A DNA stretch of 64,000 nucleotides from a virus. Location of the stretch: IMG/VR virus record IMGVR_UViG_3300017917_002918, positions 64,001 through 128,000 of that record; one strand, 5' to 3'. Position numbers and translations under genes: made by a program. Below, piece by piece: positions 32,354 through 41,325 of this stretch; position 1 is the stretch's first letter; each line of letters begins with the position of its first letter. The notes beneath the pieces were generated by a model. That model saw only the letters and a list, made by a program, of their open reading frames with translations, was not told where the DNA came from and made no database searches.

Positions 32354-33277
32354 TTAATGTGCTAATTTATCGGCTTCATGTAAAATCATTAATTGATTAT
32401 AGAAATTTTGACCCATCAAATTAATAATTCTTTCTTTGCTCTTGTAAGAATCACAATTATACGGTCGCATATGCCATCTAATTAGTTGACAAATATATAA
32501 CAAGTCCTTTGTACTACAACGATTTTGCAAATAAAACAAAGCCATATAAGCAGATATTTGTTCGTGATTATAATAGTGAGCCATACTTGTTGTTTCACCT
32601 TTTTGATTCTTGAATTGCTTCACAAAAGCCTTTCCTGCATCATGTAGCAATCCTGCTATAGCTAAGTCACAATCATCTGTCATTAGTTGAACATGTCCTG
32701 AACATCGCAAGCAATGCTCACCAATGGTATATTGATGATTGATATTATCTTGATTGACACTGTTCAAGCCATTAACACCATTAAACAGCTCATGTAACGC
32801 ATTAATATTATATTGTTTCGTATTATTATAAATTATCTCTATTTCATCATAGCCCTCGAAGTAGGCAGGCACATCGAAGTTTAAATACATACGTTTAATA
32901 ACTTCTTCTGGTACAACTCGTTCTCTTTCCTTGTTTTGCTCCAAACATTGTTCATAGGGAGTTGCAAGTAAAAGGCAAATTTTATCACAAGGTACTTTCT
33001 TTAGCTCATACAACAATGCCATGCGTTTTTTATAGCTTACATTTGTTGCGTCCATGATTACGTTCTTTCCACTTATTAAATCGTTTTTGACTCTTTTATG
33101 TAACTCTGCAAATATATCTTTATTGGCTGATTGGTCATTTATATTATTTAATAATTCAACTCTTAAATCATCTGAGCTATGAATAGTTGCACTATAGTCA
33201 AGATCTAATTCTTTTGCCCATACTGACTTACCGCTTGCGGGCAGTCCTACTAGAAGGAAAAATTTATTATTCATCAT
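32354..33277 (-). CDS. Polynucleotide kinase (AAA_33 P-loop) fused to HD phosphohydrolase (RNA end-healing)
   Basis: LVGLPASGKS, DATN, R.R.VP; C-terminal H...LLHDAGK..H..HE..HM..AD; start trimmed to MMNNK. Confidence 0.87.
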   Translation of the reverse strand: MMNNKFFLLVGLPASGKSVWAKELDLDYSATIHSSDDLRVELLNNINDQSANKDIFAELHKRVKNDLISGKNVIMDATNVSYKKRMALLYELKKVPCDKICLLLATPYEQCLEQNKERERVVPEEVIKRMYLNFDVPAYFEGYDEIEIIYNNTKQYNINALHELFNGVNGLNSVNQDNINHQYTIGEHCLRCSGHVQLMTDDCDLAIAGLLHDAGKAFVKQFKNQKGETTSMAHYYNHEQISAYMALFYLQNRCSTKDLLYICQLIRWHMRPYNCDSYKSKERIINLMGQNFYNQLMILHEADKLAH

Positions 33278-34595
33278 CTTCACCCACGCTCTCTGCTTCT
33301 TCCATATCAAGAACATCAGATGTTTTAATAATTCCTTCCAAAATTTTAAACGACACGTTTTTGTGTTTATATGCCTCAAATTTATTAGAATTTTCTTTAC
33401 GAATACAAACTCCCTCCCTAACGTGTACTTTTCCTATAGGATCTGGACCATCAGAAAACTTATCAACCCTCTCTTCTAAGTCTTCAATAGATGTAAAGAA
33501 AAACTTATCTAATACTGGTACGCATTTAACTGCCATTTGCTCACATCTTGCTTTAATTTGCTCTGTAGAGTACTCAAATACCACACCATCTTCATTTGTC
33601 ATCGTCATCCTATAAACATAAATATCATTTTGTCCTTGCTCACAACCATATGTAAATCTTGTAGTATTCCCGTATTGTTTTATAAATTCTTTATCCTTAG
33701 TTTTAGAGTTTTGACACTCTGGCATTATAAGTTGATTAACATTTACCCATGCAACTATCTCATAATAAATCGTCTCGCCTTTATGTAACTTACCAACGAA
33801 GTAATCGTGCCATTTCTTCCTGAATTCAGCACTACCATAGAACCCACCATCAAAGTTTTTCAATACTACTCTTCTTGATCCTGATACATACTTCCAAGTT
33901 TTTGTTGGCTTTGATTCAAGTTTTAAAAATTTCAATGTCCTATATAACCAATATGGTAATATACGCTTCTTTTCTTCAATCGAACGGGATGTGCGGGCAC
34001 TCGTGCCATGGCATTTGAGGGTTATGTATAATAAATCTCCTTGCTTAAATTGATGCTTATTATATGCAAATTGTTGAGTATCAACATGTTCTGCAAACAG
34101 TGGATAAGATGTAGGCTCTATACTTTTCGTTCTACCAGAATTACCACTATTATTTTCACCACTTCTATTTCTTCTTGGAATGTATTTTTCACAAATAACA
34201 ATTCCATTTAATACCGATATTGCATCCCCTTCTTTTAATTTACTTACATCTGTAAATGTTGATAAACTGTCAATTGACATAAACAAACCATCACTTATTT
34301 CCCCACGTAGTTTTAATGTTGATATATGACGTTTGTCTTCATCGAGATAGCCATACAAATGATTGCCATTTTCATCTTTAGTTCTGATTAACTTATTTTC
34401 TTTTGCAAACTCTAATCCAACTTTTGAATCCGTTGGAAAATAAATACCTAATTCACCTTCATAAACATCTAATCCAACAATAACTGAATTACTAAAGCAA
34501 CTACCAACCATTAATCTATCAGCGTTGATATGCCTTCTTAAATCTTTAATTCTTGTTACATATGCAACTACACTCACTTCAACCATACCTTTCAT
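33267..34595 (-). CDS. ATP-dependent RNA ligase, DRB0094/Rnl5-like, with N-terminal OB-like domain
   Basis: HINADRL...LRGEISDGL N-terminal domain; motif I TLKCHGTS, YYEI, REGVCIR, YKHK. Confidence 0.85.
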   Translation of the reverse strand: MKGMVEVSVVAYVTRIKDLRRHINADRLMVGSCFSNSVIVGLDVYEGELGIYFPTDSKVGLEFAKENKLIRTKDENGNHLYGYLDEDKRHISTLKLRGEISDGLFMSIDSLSTFTDVSKLKEGDAISVLNGIVICEKYIPRRNRSGENNSGNSGRTKSIEPTSYPLFAEHVDTQQFAYNKHQFKQGDLLYITLKCHGTSARTSRSIEEKKRILPYWLYRTLKFLKLESKPTKTWKYVSGSRRVVLKNFDGGFYGSAEFRKKWHDYFVGKLHKGETIYYEIVAWVNVNQLIMPECQNSKTKDKEFIKQYGNTTRFTYGCEQGQNDIYVYRMTMTNEDGVVFEYSTEQIKARCEQMAVKCVPVLDKFFFTSIEDLEERVDKFSDGPDPIGKVHVREGVCIRKENSNKFEAYKHKNVSFKILEGIIKTSDVLDMEEAESVGEDDE

Positions 34596-34604
34596 TATTA
34601 TAAT

Positions 34605-35039
34605 TTAAATTATAGAATTACCTTTGTTAAAATTACATATTGTACACATAGTTTGATAATTGTCTACAATACATTTACCACCTTTACTCTTAGGTAGAAT
34701 ATGATCCTTAGTCATTAAGACTTCTTCACCACTTTTATCTTTTGCATATAGATTTAAATGGTACTTGTTTGTTTTTGATATTGCGTCTTTTTCCAATGCA
34801 AAATATTCGCCCTGTATCCCACATGTTACACATTTATAACCCTTGGTGAAAAATGTCTTATATCTATCACTAAGAGCATTTATTTTTTCACCCATTATTA
34901 TTGTTGTAAGCTTAGTGTTTTGCTTGGACTGATTTAAATTTGAACAAACCAAATTCTTTAATGTGTCTTCTACATGCTTAATATCTACTGTACACTTTCT
35001 TACATAAGGCTGTAACTTGATTCCAATGTCCTTGTTCAT
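34605..35039 (-). CDS. HNH endonuclease
   Basis: CVTC...TKDHILPKSKGG...NYQTMCTICN..KGN. Confidence 0.85.
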   Translation of the reverse strand: MNKDIGIKLQPYVRKCTVDIKHVEDTLKNLVCSNLNQSKQNTKLTTIIMGEKINALSDRYKTFFTKGYKCVTCGIQGEYFALEKDAISKTNKYHLNLYAKDKSGEEVLMTKDHILPKSKGGKCIVDNYQTMCTICNFNKGNSII

Positions 35040-35094
35040 TTTAATACCACCTTACATCATCATAAATTAAATATTTACACACCGAATTAAAAAA

Positions 35095-35532
35095 TTATTC
35101 GGCAAATTTACTTTTACTAAACAATACCCATTTATTATTTTCCTCATCAACTAAAACTTCATAATGCCCGTACATATTAGCTTCTTTAACTTTATATATA
35201 GCACCTTTTCTCAAAAACGCTTTACATTTATCATCGTTTATACATTTTTTCGACATTATAGTAACTTTATCGACTTTTTTAAAGGTGTTATCTCTATTCC
35301 AACTATTACCACCGAAGTCTCGCCAATCGCAATCGTCACAATAATAACATGACATAATTAATGGCGTGGAATTTGTGGTTGTGGTGAACTCTGAAACATT
35401 GATTTTACCATCAACTTCAACAGAATAATGCCTTCTTACAGACACAAGTGTTTGTTCACTAAATACTATATTTTTGCTGTCGCATTCAGGACAACGCTTG
35501 TACCATCTTAACTTTGTAATATCGTAACTCAT
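35095..35532 (-). CDS. Zn-ribbon hypothetical protein
   Basis: CPEC and CDDC motifs. Confidence 0.55.
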   Translation of the reverse strand: MSYDITKLRWYKRCPECDSKNIVFSEQTLVSVRRHYSVEVDGKINVSEFTTTTNSTPLIMSCYYCDDCDWRDFGGNSWNRDNTFKKVDKVTIMSKKCINDDKCKAFLRKGAIYKVKEANMYGHYEVLVDEENNKWVLFSKSKFAE

Positions 35533-35564
35533 TTAATCACTCTTTCTTATACATGATTAGTTAA

Positions 35565-36914
35565 TTATATCACAGGTTTTAACTCATCTTCAGCAATTTT
35601 AATTAGCCTTTCCCTATCGTTTAATTCTGGTGACTCTATGACCATATCAACTAAAACATTTATTAATCTTCCTACAATTTTACCCTCCTTGAATCCCAAT
35701 TTAATCAAATCACTACCATTTATGGCTAAATCTTTTTTACTAAAACATTGATTGTCTGCTATTATTTCATTTAACAAAACTTCAATCTGCACCAAATTAT
35801 CCTTCTTTCTGTCATAGGCTAATTGACTCTGTGCTATCATATCAGCATATTTAAATTTCAGTAAGTCTCTAAAGTTTTCTTCACCAATTTTATTCAACCA
35901 CTTCTTAATACTTCTCTTATTAACTGAAATTTCAGCATCGTGATGAAGAACCAAGTTCCTAACTTTCATTATAATGTGATTGTCGTATCTTAATCTCCTT
36001 AATATTTCAACTGCCATATCAGAGCCAACAATAGGATGATTGTAAAAATGATCAATTCCGTATTCATCGGTAGTCTTGCACAGTGGTTTTGCTATATCAT
36101 GCAATAATGCTGTGAGTCTCAAATGTAACGTAGGCTCAATAGCAATTACAGATTTGATAATGTGATCAAATACATCGTGGTTGTGATATGGATTGTTTTG
36201 TTGAACATTGATAGTTGTATTTAATTCTGGGAGAATATACTTTAATATATTTGACATTTCCAAAAGTCCAAACCCATAGCTTACATTGTTACTTAATAAT
36301 ATTTGATTTAACTCACTCATGATACGTTCTTTAGAGACAACCATAATTTTATCTGCATTTTTATAAATAGCGTCCAACGTGTTTTCGTCAATTATAAACC
36401 CAAACCTCGAAGCAAATCTAACTGCTCGCATCATCCTCAATGCATCTTCGCTAAATCTTTCGTTTGCATTTCCAACACATCTAATCACGTTGTTAATTAA
36501 ATCCATACGACCACCAAATGGATCAAACAAGCCTTCTGTAAAGTTAAATGCCATAGCTCCAATTGTGAAATCCCTTCTGCTCAAATCCTCAACTAAATCA
36601 TCTGTAAAAGTGACTTCATCTGGATGCCTATTGTCGCTATATTTCCCTTCTTTCCTGAATGTTGTAATTTCATAGCCGATACCATCTGCCATTACTGTTA
36701 CAGTACCATGATCAATTCCTGTTGGAATAACATTATGATCTCTAAATACATTCATAACCTGTTCTGGTAACGCATTTGTAGTTATGTCCCAATCCTTTGG
36801 TGTTATGCCCAATATCATATCTCTTACACATCCACCGACTACAAAAGCTCTAAATCCTTTGTGTTGTAACGTATCTATTATATACTGTACTTGATTTGGC
36901 ATATACATACTCAC
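35565..36914 (-). CDS. cca: CCA tRNA nucleotidyltransferase with HD domain
   Basis: VGGCVRD, DWDITT, EITTFR, EDLSRRDFT, RFSEDALRMMRA, LLHDIAKP. Confidence 0.93.
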   Translation of the reverse strand: MSMYMPNQVQYIIDTLQHKGFRAFVVGGCVRDMILGITPKDWDITTNALPEQVMNVFRDHNVIPTGIDHGTVTVMADGIGYEITTFRKEGKYSDNRHPDEVTFTDDLVEDLSRRDFTIGAMAFNFTEGLFDPFGGRMDLINNVIRCVGNANERFSEDALRMMRAVRFASRFGFIIDENTLDAIYKNADKIMVVSKERIMSELNQILLSNNVSYGFGLLEMSNILKYILPELNTTINVQQNNPYHNHDVFDHIIKSVIAIEPTLHLRLTALLHDIAKPLCKTTDEYGIDHFYNHPIVGSDMAVEILRRLRYDNHIIMKVRNLVLHHDAEISVNKRSIKKWLNKIGEENFRDLLKFKYADMIAQSQLAYDRKKDNLVQIEVLLNEIIADNQCFSKKDLAINGSDLIKLGFKEGKIVGRLINVLVDMVIESPELNDRERLIKIAEDELKPVI

Positions 36915-36915
36915 T

Positions 36916-37683
36916 TCACCACCTCTCTGTTAATGCTCGTTTATTTAGATCTATCAACCATTCATTTATTTTATTATAGTCAGGATTTTTTGGAATTACA
37001 TTACTATTATCATATAGTTCATTTAATTCCTTGTCTAAATCGTCAATAATAACCAATATTTGCTCAAGTGTGTATTTACCATTTCTAATTGCTATTAATT
37101 CATCTCTATTAGGTCTAAATGTTGAAAACGTACCAGTTTTTAGTATTTCTATTGCAGAAGTTAACAATCTAACAGAATGTGCTCCAAATTTTACATCATA
37201 ACCATATGTTTCTACTAAGTCACACCTACCTGTTCCATTGCTACTTTTTGTTTTGAGTTTCTGTATTTGTGAATGAGCATAACCACCCATTTTGTGTTTT
37301 ATTACTTTAGATAAAAAATCTTGTCTGTGACTTATTAATTCCTTTCCAAATTGGTTGATTTCAATGATATGTTCCTCATTAACAAACAGTATCTCAATAT
37401 TATTAGGAACTCCTTGCATTGCATCATTTACAAATTTATTGATATGCATTATAGAAACGTCTACATCATCCTTGGTGTTTTTATAGTTCTTACCACCAGT
37501 GTTGTTATATTCATTAAATGTCTTTAATCCAAAGAAATACTCTTCAGGAGGAATACAAACGCCCTTATAATCTATATCGCTACCATCTATGTTTGTACCA
37601 TATGCATGTGAACCTGTGGTTGTAAGTAATATTAATCTATCACTTATCCAAGGCTGTGAATCTTTTGATATTTTAAAAGTCAT
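36916..37683 (-). CDS. Pol-beta superfamily nucleotidyltransferase (YcgL/Nuc-transf-like)
   Basis: GSHAYGTN..GSDIDYKG; PN.IE.LF; YD.K...H.VRL. Confidence 0.85.
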   Translation of the reverse strand: MTFKISKDSQPWISDRLILLTTTGSHAYGTNIDGSDIDYKGVCIPPEEYFFGLKTFNEYNNTGGKNYKNTKDDVDVSIMHINKFVNDAMQGVPNNIEILFVNEEHIIEINQFGKELISHRQDFLSKVIKHKMGGYAHSQIQKLKTKSSNGTGRCDLVETYGYDVKFGAHSVRLLTSAIEILKTGTFSTFRPNRDELIAIRNGKYTLEQILVIIDDLDKELNELYDNSNVIPKNPDYNKINEWLIDLNKRALTERW

Positions 37684-37789
37684 GTTTTATCACCTCATTT
37701 TATAATTTTATATCCCTACTATTAATTATAAACTATTTACATTAAAAGTCAATACATTATCATAAATTAATTACGAAACCACAAAAAAT

Positions 37790-37819
37790 AAAGACTTAGT
37801 GTAATCTACTAAGTCTTTA
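37790..37819 (-). terminator. Terminator after the TROVE gene
   Basis: AAAGACTTAGT...ACTAAGTCTTT hairpin with T-run on the minus strand. Confidence 0.65.
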
Positions 37820-37840
37820 CTGGAGGTGAACCATGAACGA

Positions 37841-39316
37841 TTATTTGAAATAGTAGCCTTCAATTTCTTGAATTAAACTATTTGAACCCTTTTCCACTAA
37901 ATCTATATATTCTAAAGTCTTTTCTGACCATCCAGAAATTATATTAACATTTTTACCCATGAATTGTTGTGTACCATAACCTTGTAAATCAATAGCATGA
38001 ACCCAAACGTCAGGATTTACTTCTTGCCTATACCGATCAACCAATGCTTGACATTGTACAGATCTACTATTACGCCAAAACGAATTTGTCTGAACCCAAC
38101 CACTATTGATTTCATTGTCTGAGAAAATAATAATTCTATCTACAAACATCTTGTTATCTAATGCCCATTTAATTGGTAGTGTTATGTCAGTTCCTCCACC
38201 GTTAACATTAATACTTTTGGCATTTGAAATTATACCGTTTGATGACGCTAGGTTGCATTGATAAAGCTTTGTGTCAAATGCAGTAGTGAACGTATCTTCA
38301 CATATATAATTTGCCATAGACATCATTAATGTTGCAATATCTGAACAAAGTACATCACTTTTTGCACTAATTCCACTATTCATTGAACCCGATACATCGG
38401 CACTCAACAATGTTTTGCCTTGAAGTTTATTTATATTTCTTGTGCTGATTTTAATTGCTTTTTCCAATGTATCGATTACTTTAGAACTTACCAACCCTTC
38501 ACTTGTCAATGCTTTATATGCTGAATAATATCTAAATGGCAACAACTTATTCTTTAACACCTTTTCTTCATCACCAAGAAACTCATATACCTTATCAATA
38601 TTACTTGCTCCTGATTTGATTATATTTCTTAAGTTCCTAATCATTGCCATATAACCGAGTTTATTATCGTTTATTAATTGTTCCCAAACTTCCTTAGTGT
38701 TGCCTTTTGCTGATAACTCTGTTTCCCAAGTCACAGGTGTTTTTAATCTATCTTCCAATAACCTTTTGAACATGTCACTTTGTTCATTTGTTTTAGGCTT
38801 CGGATGTACTAAACACAATATATCTCTAAGTTTAACCGCTTTATTCTTTCCATTATATTTTTGTAAACTATATTCATTAAACCTAAGAAATGAATCTGCC
38901 AACCCCTTTTTCATTGAGTTTGGAATAGGTTTGTTATACTTATTTATATAATATGATAGAATCTCGCTCATATCATCTACACGCTCAACCACTTTACCAA
39001 TAGTTTTTCTTGCAAATGGTTTACCTTGAATACTTTTAGCTAATTCAGCAGTAAGTACATGTGATATTGAACGTAAGTGAAACTCGTTTCTTGCGAATAA
39101 TGCTAAATTAGCAATAAACTTTGGATCATATTCGAGAATACTTTGAATCGTATTTATAATTTCATTATCATTATTGCCATAAAATTTGTTTTCACCAAAA
39201 AATGTAGTGAGAACCTGTGTAACTAACTTTTCCTTTTCATCCATCTTGAATGCTACAACACCAGATTTATTGACAGTTTTATTGACATTCTGTGTTGACG
39301 TATTAAATTTTGACAT
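37841..39316 (-). CDS. Ro60/Rsr TROVE-vWA RNA-binding protein
   Basis: FY...ALFAR..HLRS, KY, HPKP, TWETELS, YMA.IRNLRN, LPFRY, DVSGSM (MIDAS), GGTD, SDNE; start trimmed to MSKFN (RBS AGAGG). Confidence 0.93.
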   Translation of the reverse strand: MSKFNTSTQNVNKTVNKSGVVAFKMDEKEKLVTQVLTTFFGENKFYGNNDNEIINTIQSILEYDPKFIANLALFARNEFHLRSISHVLTAELAKSIQGKPFARKTIGKVVERVDDMSEILSYYINKYNKPIPNSMKKGLADSFLRFNEYSLQKYNGKNKAVKLRDILCLVHPKPKTNEQSDMFKRLLEDRLKTPVTWETELSAKGNTKEVWEQLINDNKLGYMAMIRNLRNIIKSGASNIDKVYEFLGDEEKVLKNKLLPFRYYSAYKALTSEGLVSSKVIDTLEKAIKISTRNINKLQGKTLLSADVSGSMNSGISAKSDVLCSDIATLMMSMANYICEDTFTTAFDTKLYQCNLASSNGIISNAKSINVNGGGTDITLPIKWALDNKMFVDRIIIFSDNEINSGWVQTNSFWRNSRSVQCQALVDRYRQEVNPDVWVHAIDLQGYGTQQFMGKNVNIISGWSEKTLEYIDLVEKGSNSLIQEIEGYYFK

Positions 39317-39341
39317 AATTAATTCCTCTTTTCTTATTAAA

Positions 39342-39419
39342 TTTTTATTCCAAAGGAAAGCCAAGTTGCTATTTTTTCGCCTATGAAGTAAGCAACTTGA
39401 GCACTGTTGGAATTTAAAA
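39342..39419 (-). ncRNA. Y-RNA-like element 5 (minimal scaffold only)
   Basis: ATTCCAA-CAGTGC-TCAAGTTGCT-TACTTCA...AGCAACTTG-GCTTTCCT-TTGGAAT; same scaffold as its neighbours. Confidence 0.65.
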
Positions 39420-39424
39420 CAATA

Positions 39425-39564
39425 TAATAATATGGGGAAATTCGAAGAAATTCTGTAGTGTGACTCATGGAGATCCACACAATAATACTTAGCCAATAGG
39501 TTAAAGTATCCACATAATAATCTTTTTATCTGAAGAAATTTTCTTCTTCACCACCATAGTATTA
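39425..39564 (-). ncRNA. Y-RNA-like element 4 (two-hairpin, non-tRNA effector domain)
   Basis: Terminal stem TAATACTATGG/CCATATTATTA, GGTG, GAAGAAA/TTTCTTC stem, TTCTTCA motif, two internal hairpins. Confidence 0.6.
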
Positions 39565-39573
39565 ACAAAATTG

Positions 39574-39712
39574 TCAAGGGAAGAAAATCTGATTGAGATA
39601 TTATCGTGCGCTACCACTGCGCCACACACTGTATTAACATACAGCATGACAGGATTCGAACCTGTGACCCCGTCATCCAAATTGAAGTAGCCCAATCATC
39701 ACTTTCCCTTGA
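39574..39712 (-). ncRNA. YrlA-like Y RNA 3 (circularly permuted tRNA module)
   Basis: Terminal stem TCAAGGGAA/TTCCCTTGA; T arm ACAGG-TTCGAAT-CCTGT precedes a loop-closed acceptor stem and D arm GCGC-AGTGGTA-GCGC. Confidence 0.82.
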
Positions 39713-39719
39713 TTATATA

Positions 39720-39866
39720 TAACAATTGTTAAAAGAAAATCACAAAGTCCATTTGTTCCGATTGCTCTCCCAACTGAGCTATATAGATTTAACTATAGAT
39801 GGACTCGAACCATCGACACATTGGTTTCTTGAAGGATTACTTTGCTGTACTGCTTAACAATTGTTA
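39720..39866 (-). ncRNA. YrlA-like Y RNA 2
   Basis: Terminal stem TAACAATTGTTAA; T arm GATGG-TTCGAGT-CCATC, closed acceptor TATAG/CTATA, D arm GCTC-AGTTGGGA-GAGC. Confidence 0.82.
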
Positions 39867-39876
39867 AATATCAATG

Positions 39877-40029
39877 TGTTAAATCAAGAAAAGAAAATCT
39901 AGCCAAGAGGTTTCGTACTCTGCCAATTGAGCTATATACCATATTAATATGATATAGTGGGACTTGAACCCACAACCCCGTCATTAAAAGTGAAGTATCT
40001 TGTCTATTGCACTGCAACTTGATTTAACA
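39877..40029 (-). ncRNA. YrlA-like Y RNA 1
   Basis: Terminal stem TGTTAAATCAAG/CTTGATTTAACA; T arm GTGGG-TTCAAGT-CCCAC, closed acceptor, D arm GCTC-AATTGGCA-GAGT. Confidence 0.82.
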
Positions 40030-40053
40030 AGGTTTAATCAACCTTATATATTT

Positions 40054-40082
40054 ATCATACCACACATTAAATCAAATGTCAA
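40054..40082 (-). promoter_or_regulatory. SigA-type promoter of the Y-RNA/Ro60 operon
   Basis: TTGACA-17bp-TATGAT with extended TG; operator-like motif at 40097-40111. Confidence 0.75.
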
Positions 40083-40160
40083 TAGTTTTGAACAAATTTA
40101 TAATTTAATTACATCCAATAACAAAACCGCCAAAACTCAGCGGTTTACTCATTCCCTAAA

Positions 40161-40454
40161 CTAATTTAACTCAACATCTGCACATAATGTTATAGTATCA
40201 CCATTATCCATGTCAAACTTAATATAACCCCATCCAATTTCAAACTCCACTATTCTGTGCTTAAATATACGGTAACTAACAAATGCTTGTCCTTTTTCAG
40301 AAAAATCATAAACGTAATCTCCGCAATGTAATTCAAGATCTTCAAATATCATTGTAATATTGCAATCTACATCTTTCTTTTCCAATGTAACTACCTTGCC
40401 ATGTATAGTACTCAAAATATTTTCGATACTTGCGACACTAGAAGAATAATCCAT
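40161..40454 (-). CDS. Hypothetical protein
   Basis: ORF with RBS AAGGAG. Confidence 0.55.
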   Translation of the reverse strand: MDYSSSVASIENILSTIHGKVVTLEKKDVDCNITMIFEDLELHCGDYVYDFSEKGQAFVSYRIFKHRIVEFEIGWGYIKFDMDNGDTITLCADVELN

Positions 40455-40537
40455 ATTTAATCTCTCCTTAATTAAAATAAGATAATATTAAACATATATA
40501 ATTTATTGTTTGCATTAATATAATATCACAAACAAAA

Positions 40538-40684
40538 GTGTCAAATATAGTGTCAAATTTGGGTTTAATGTGTCAAATTTAGTATTAAACAAGGCTAATT
40601 CTACTCAAAAATACACCATTATTATTGCCAAAAAGTATCAAATATGATTTGTCAAGTATCAAATGATTAAAAAAGGTGTCATTT
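40538..40684 (+). repeat. Clustered GTRTCAAAT direct repeats upstream of the GNAT gene
   Basis: GTGTCAAAT at 40538, 40550, 40570; GTATCAAAT at 40635, 40656; GTGTCATTT at 40676. Confidence 0.7.
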
Positions 40685-40776
40685 TTACTTGAAATTATCA
40701 CAAGAATAAAATGTATGGACATACTTATTGTTTTGATATAATATATAAATAAATATTAATAAAAAGGGGTTTAAAA

Positions 40777-41241
40777 ATGGAAAATTTGTATATTGTTGAC
40801 TACGATGACGAATATAAGGATGAATTTCAAAAATTATCTCTTGAATGGCTTATAAAATATGCTTCCGTTGAACCTGAAGATGAACGTATTTTAGAAAATC
40901 CTCGAAAAGCAATATTGGATGACGGTGGACATATCTTCTTCGCAAAATATAATAATGAAATTGTTGGTACGGTTGCTCTAATTAAAATCGATGAGAACAC
41001 GTATGAGCTTGCTAAATTAGCAGTAACGGAGAGATATAAAGGTTTGGGAATAGGAAATGAATTAATGAATAAGTGTATGGAACAAGCCGAGAAAGATTTA
41101 ATTACAAAAATGATTCTGTACACCGCAGATTTTTTAATTCCTGCTGTAGCATTATACAAAAAATATGGATTTACGCCAGTTCCATCAAAAGATAATAAAT
41201 ATATAGAATCCAACTTAATAATGGAAAAATATTTTTTATAA
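40777..41241 (+). CDS. GNAT-family N-acetyltransferase
   Basis: IVGTVAL..YELAKLAV.ERYKGLGIG..L...A.ALYKKYGF. Confidence 0.92.
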   Translation: MENLYIVDYDDEYKDEFQKLSLEWLIKYASVEPEDERILENPRKAILDDGGHIFFAKYNNEIVGTVALIKIDENTYELAKLAVTERYKGLGIGNELMNKCMEQAEKDLITKMILYTADFLIPAVALYKKYGFTPVPSKDNKYIESNLIMEKYFL

Positions 41242-41302
41242 ACAAATAAATAAAAAACAGGTTCAAACTTAATACCTGTTTTTTATTTATTTGTTTATAA
41301 AA
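41234..41302. terminator. 29-bp perfect inverted repeat, probable bidirectional terminator
   Basis: TTTTATAAACAAATAAATAAAAAACAGGT-11nt-ACCTGTTTTTTATTTATTTGTTTATAAAA between convergent genes. Confidence 0.8.
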
Positions 41303-41325
41303 CTTAGTCTAAAACCATTATATAT

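Noticed and set aside
39317-39695. N-terminal 60-aa extension of the TROVE ORF, and ORF 39501-39695
   Set aside because: Both overlap the Y-RNA units; the good RBS and typical N-terminus are at MSKFN (39316).
39574-40029. Three ordinary tRNA genes (TTCGA T-loops and D-loops are present)
   Set aside because: Arm order is T, closed acceptor, D. There is no free acceptor end, so these are YrlA-type mimics rather than tRNAs.
39342-40029. CRISPR array
   Set aside because: Units share structure and short motifs but no identical direct repeats with unique spacers; no cas genes in the window.
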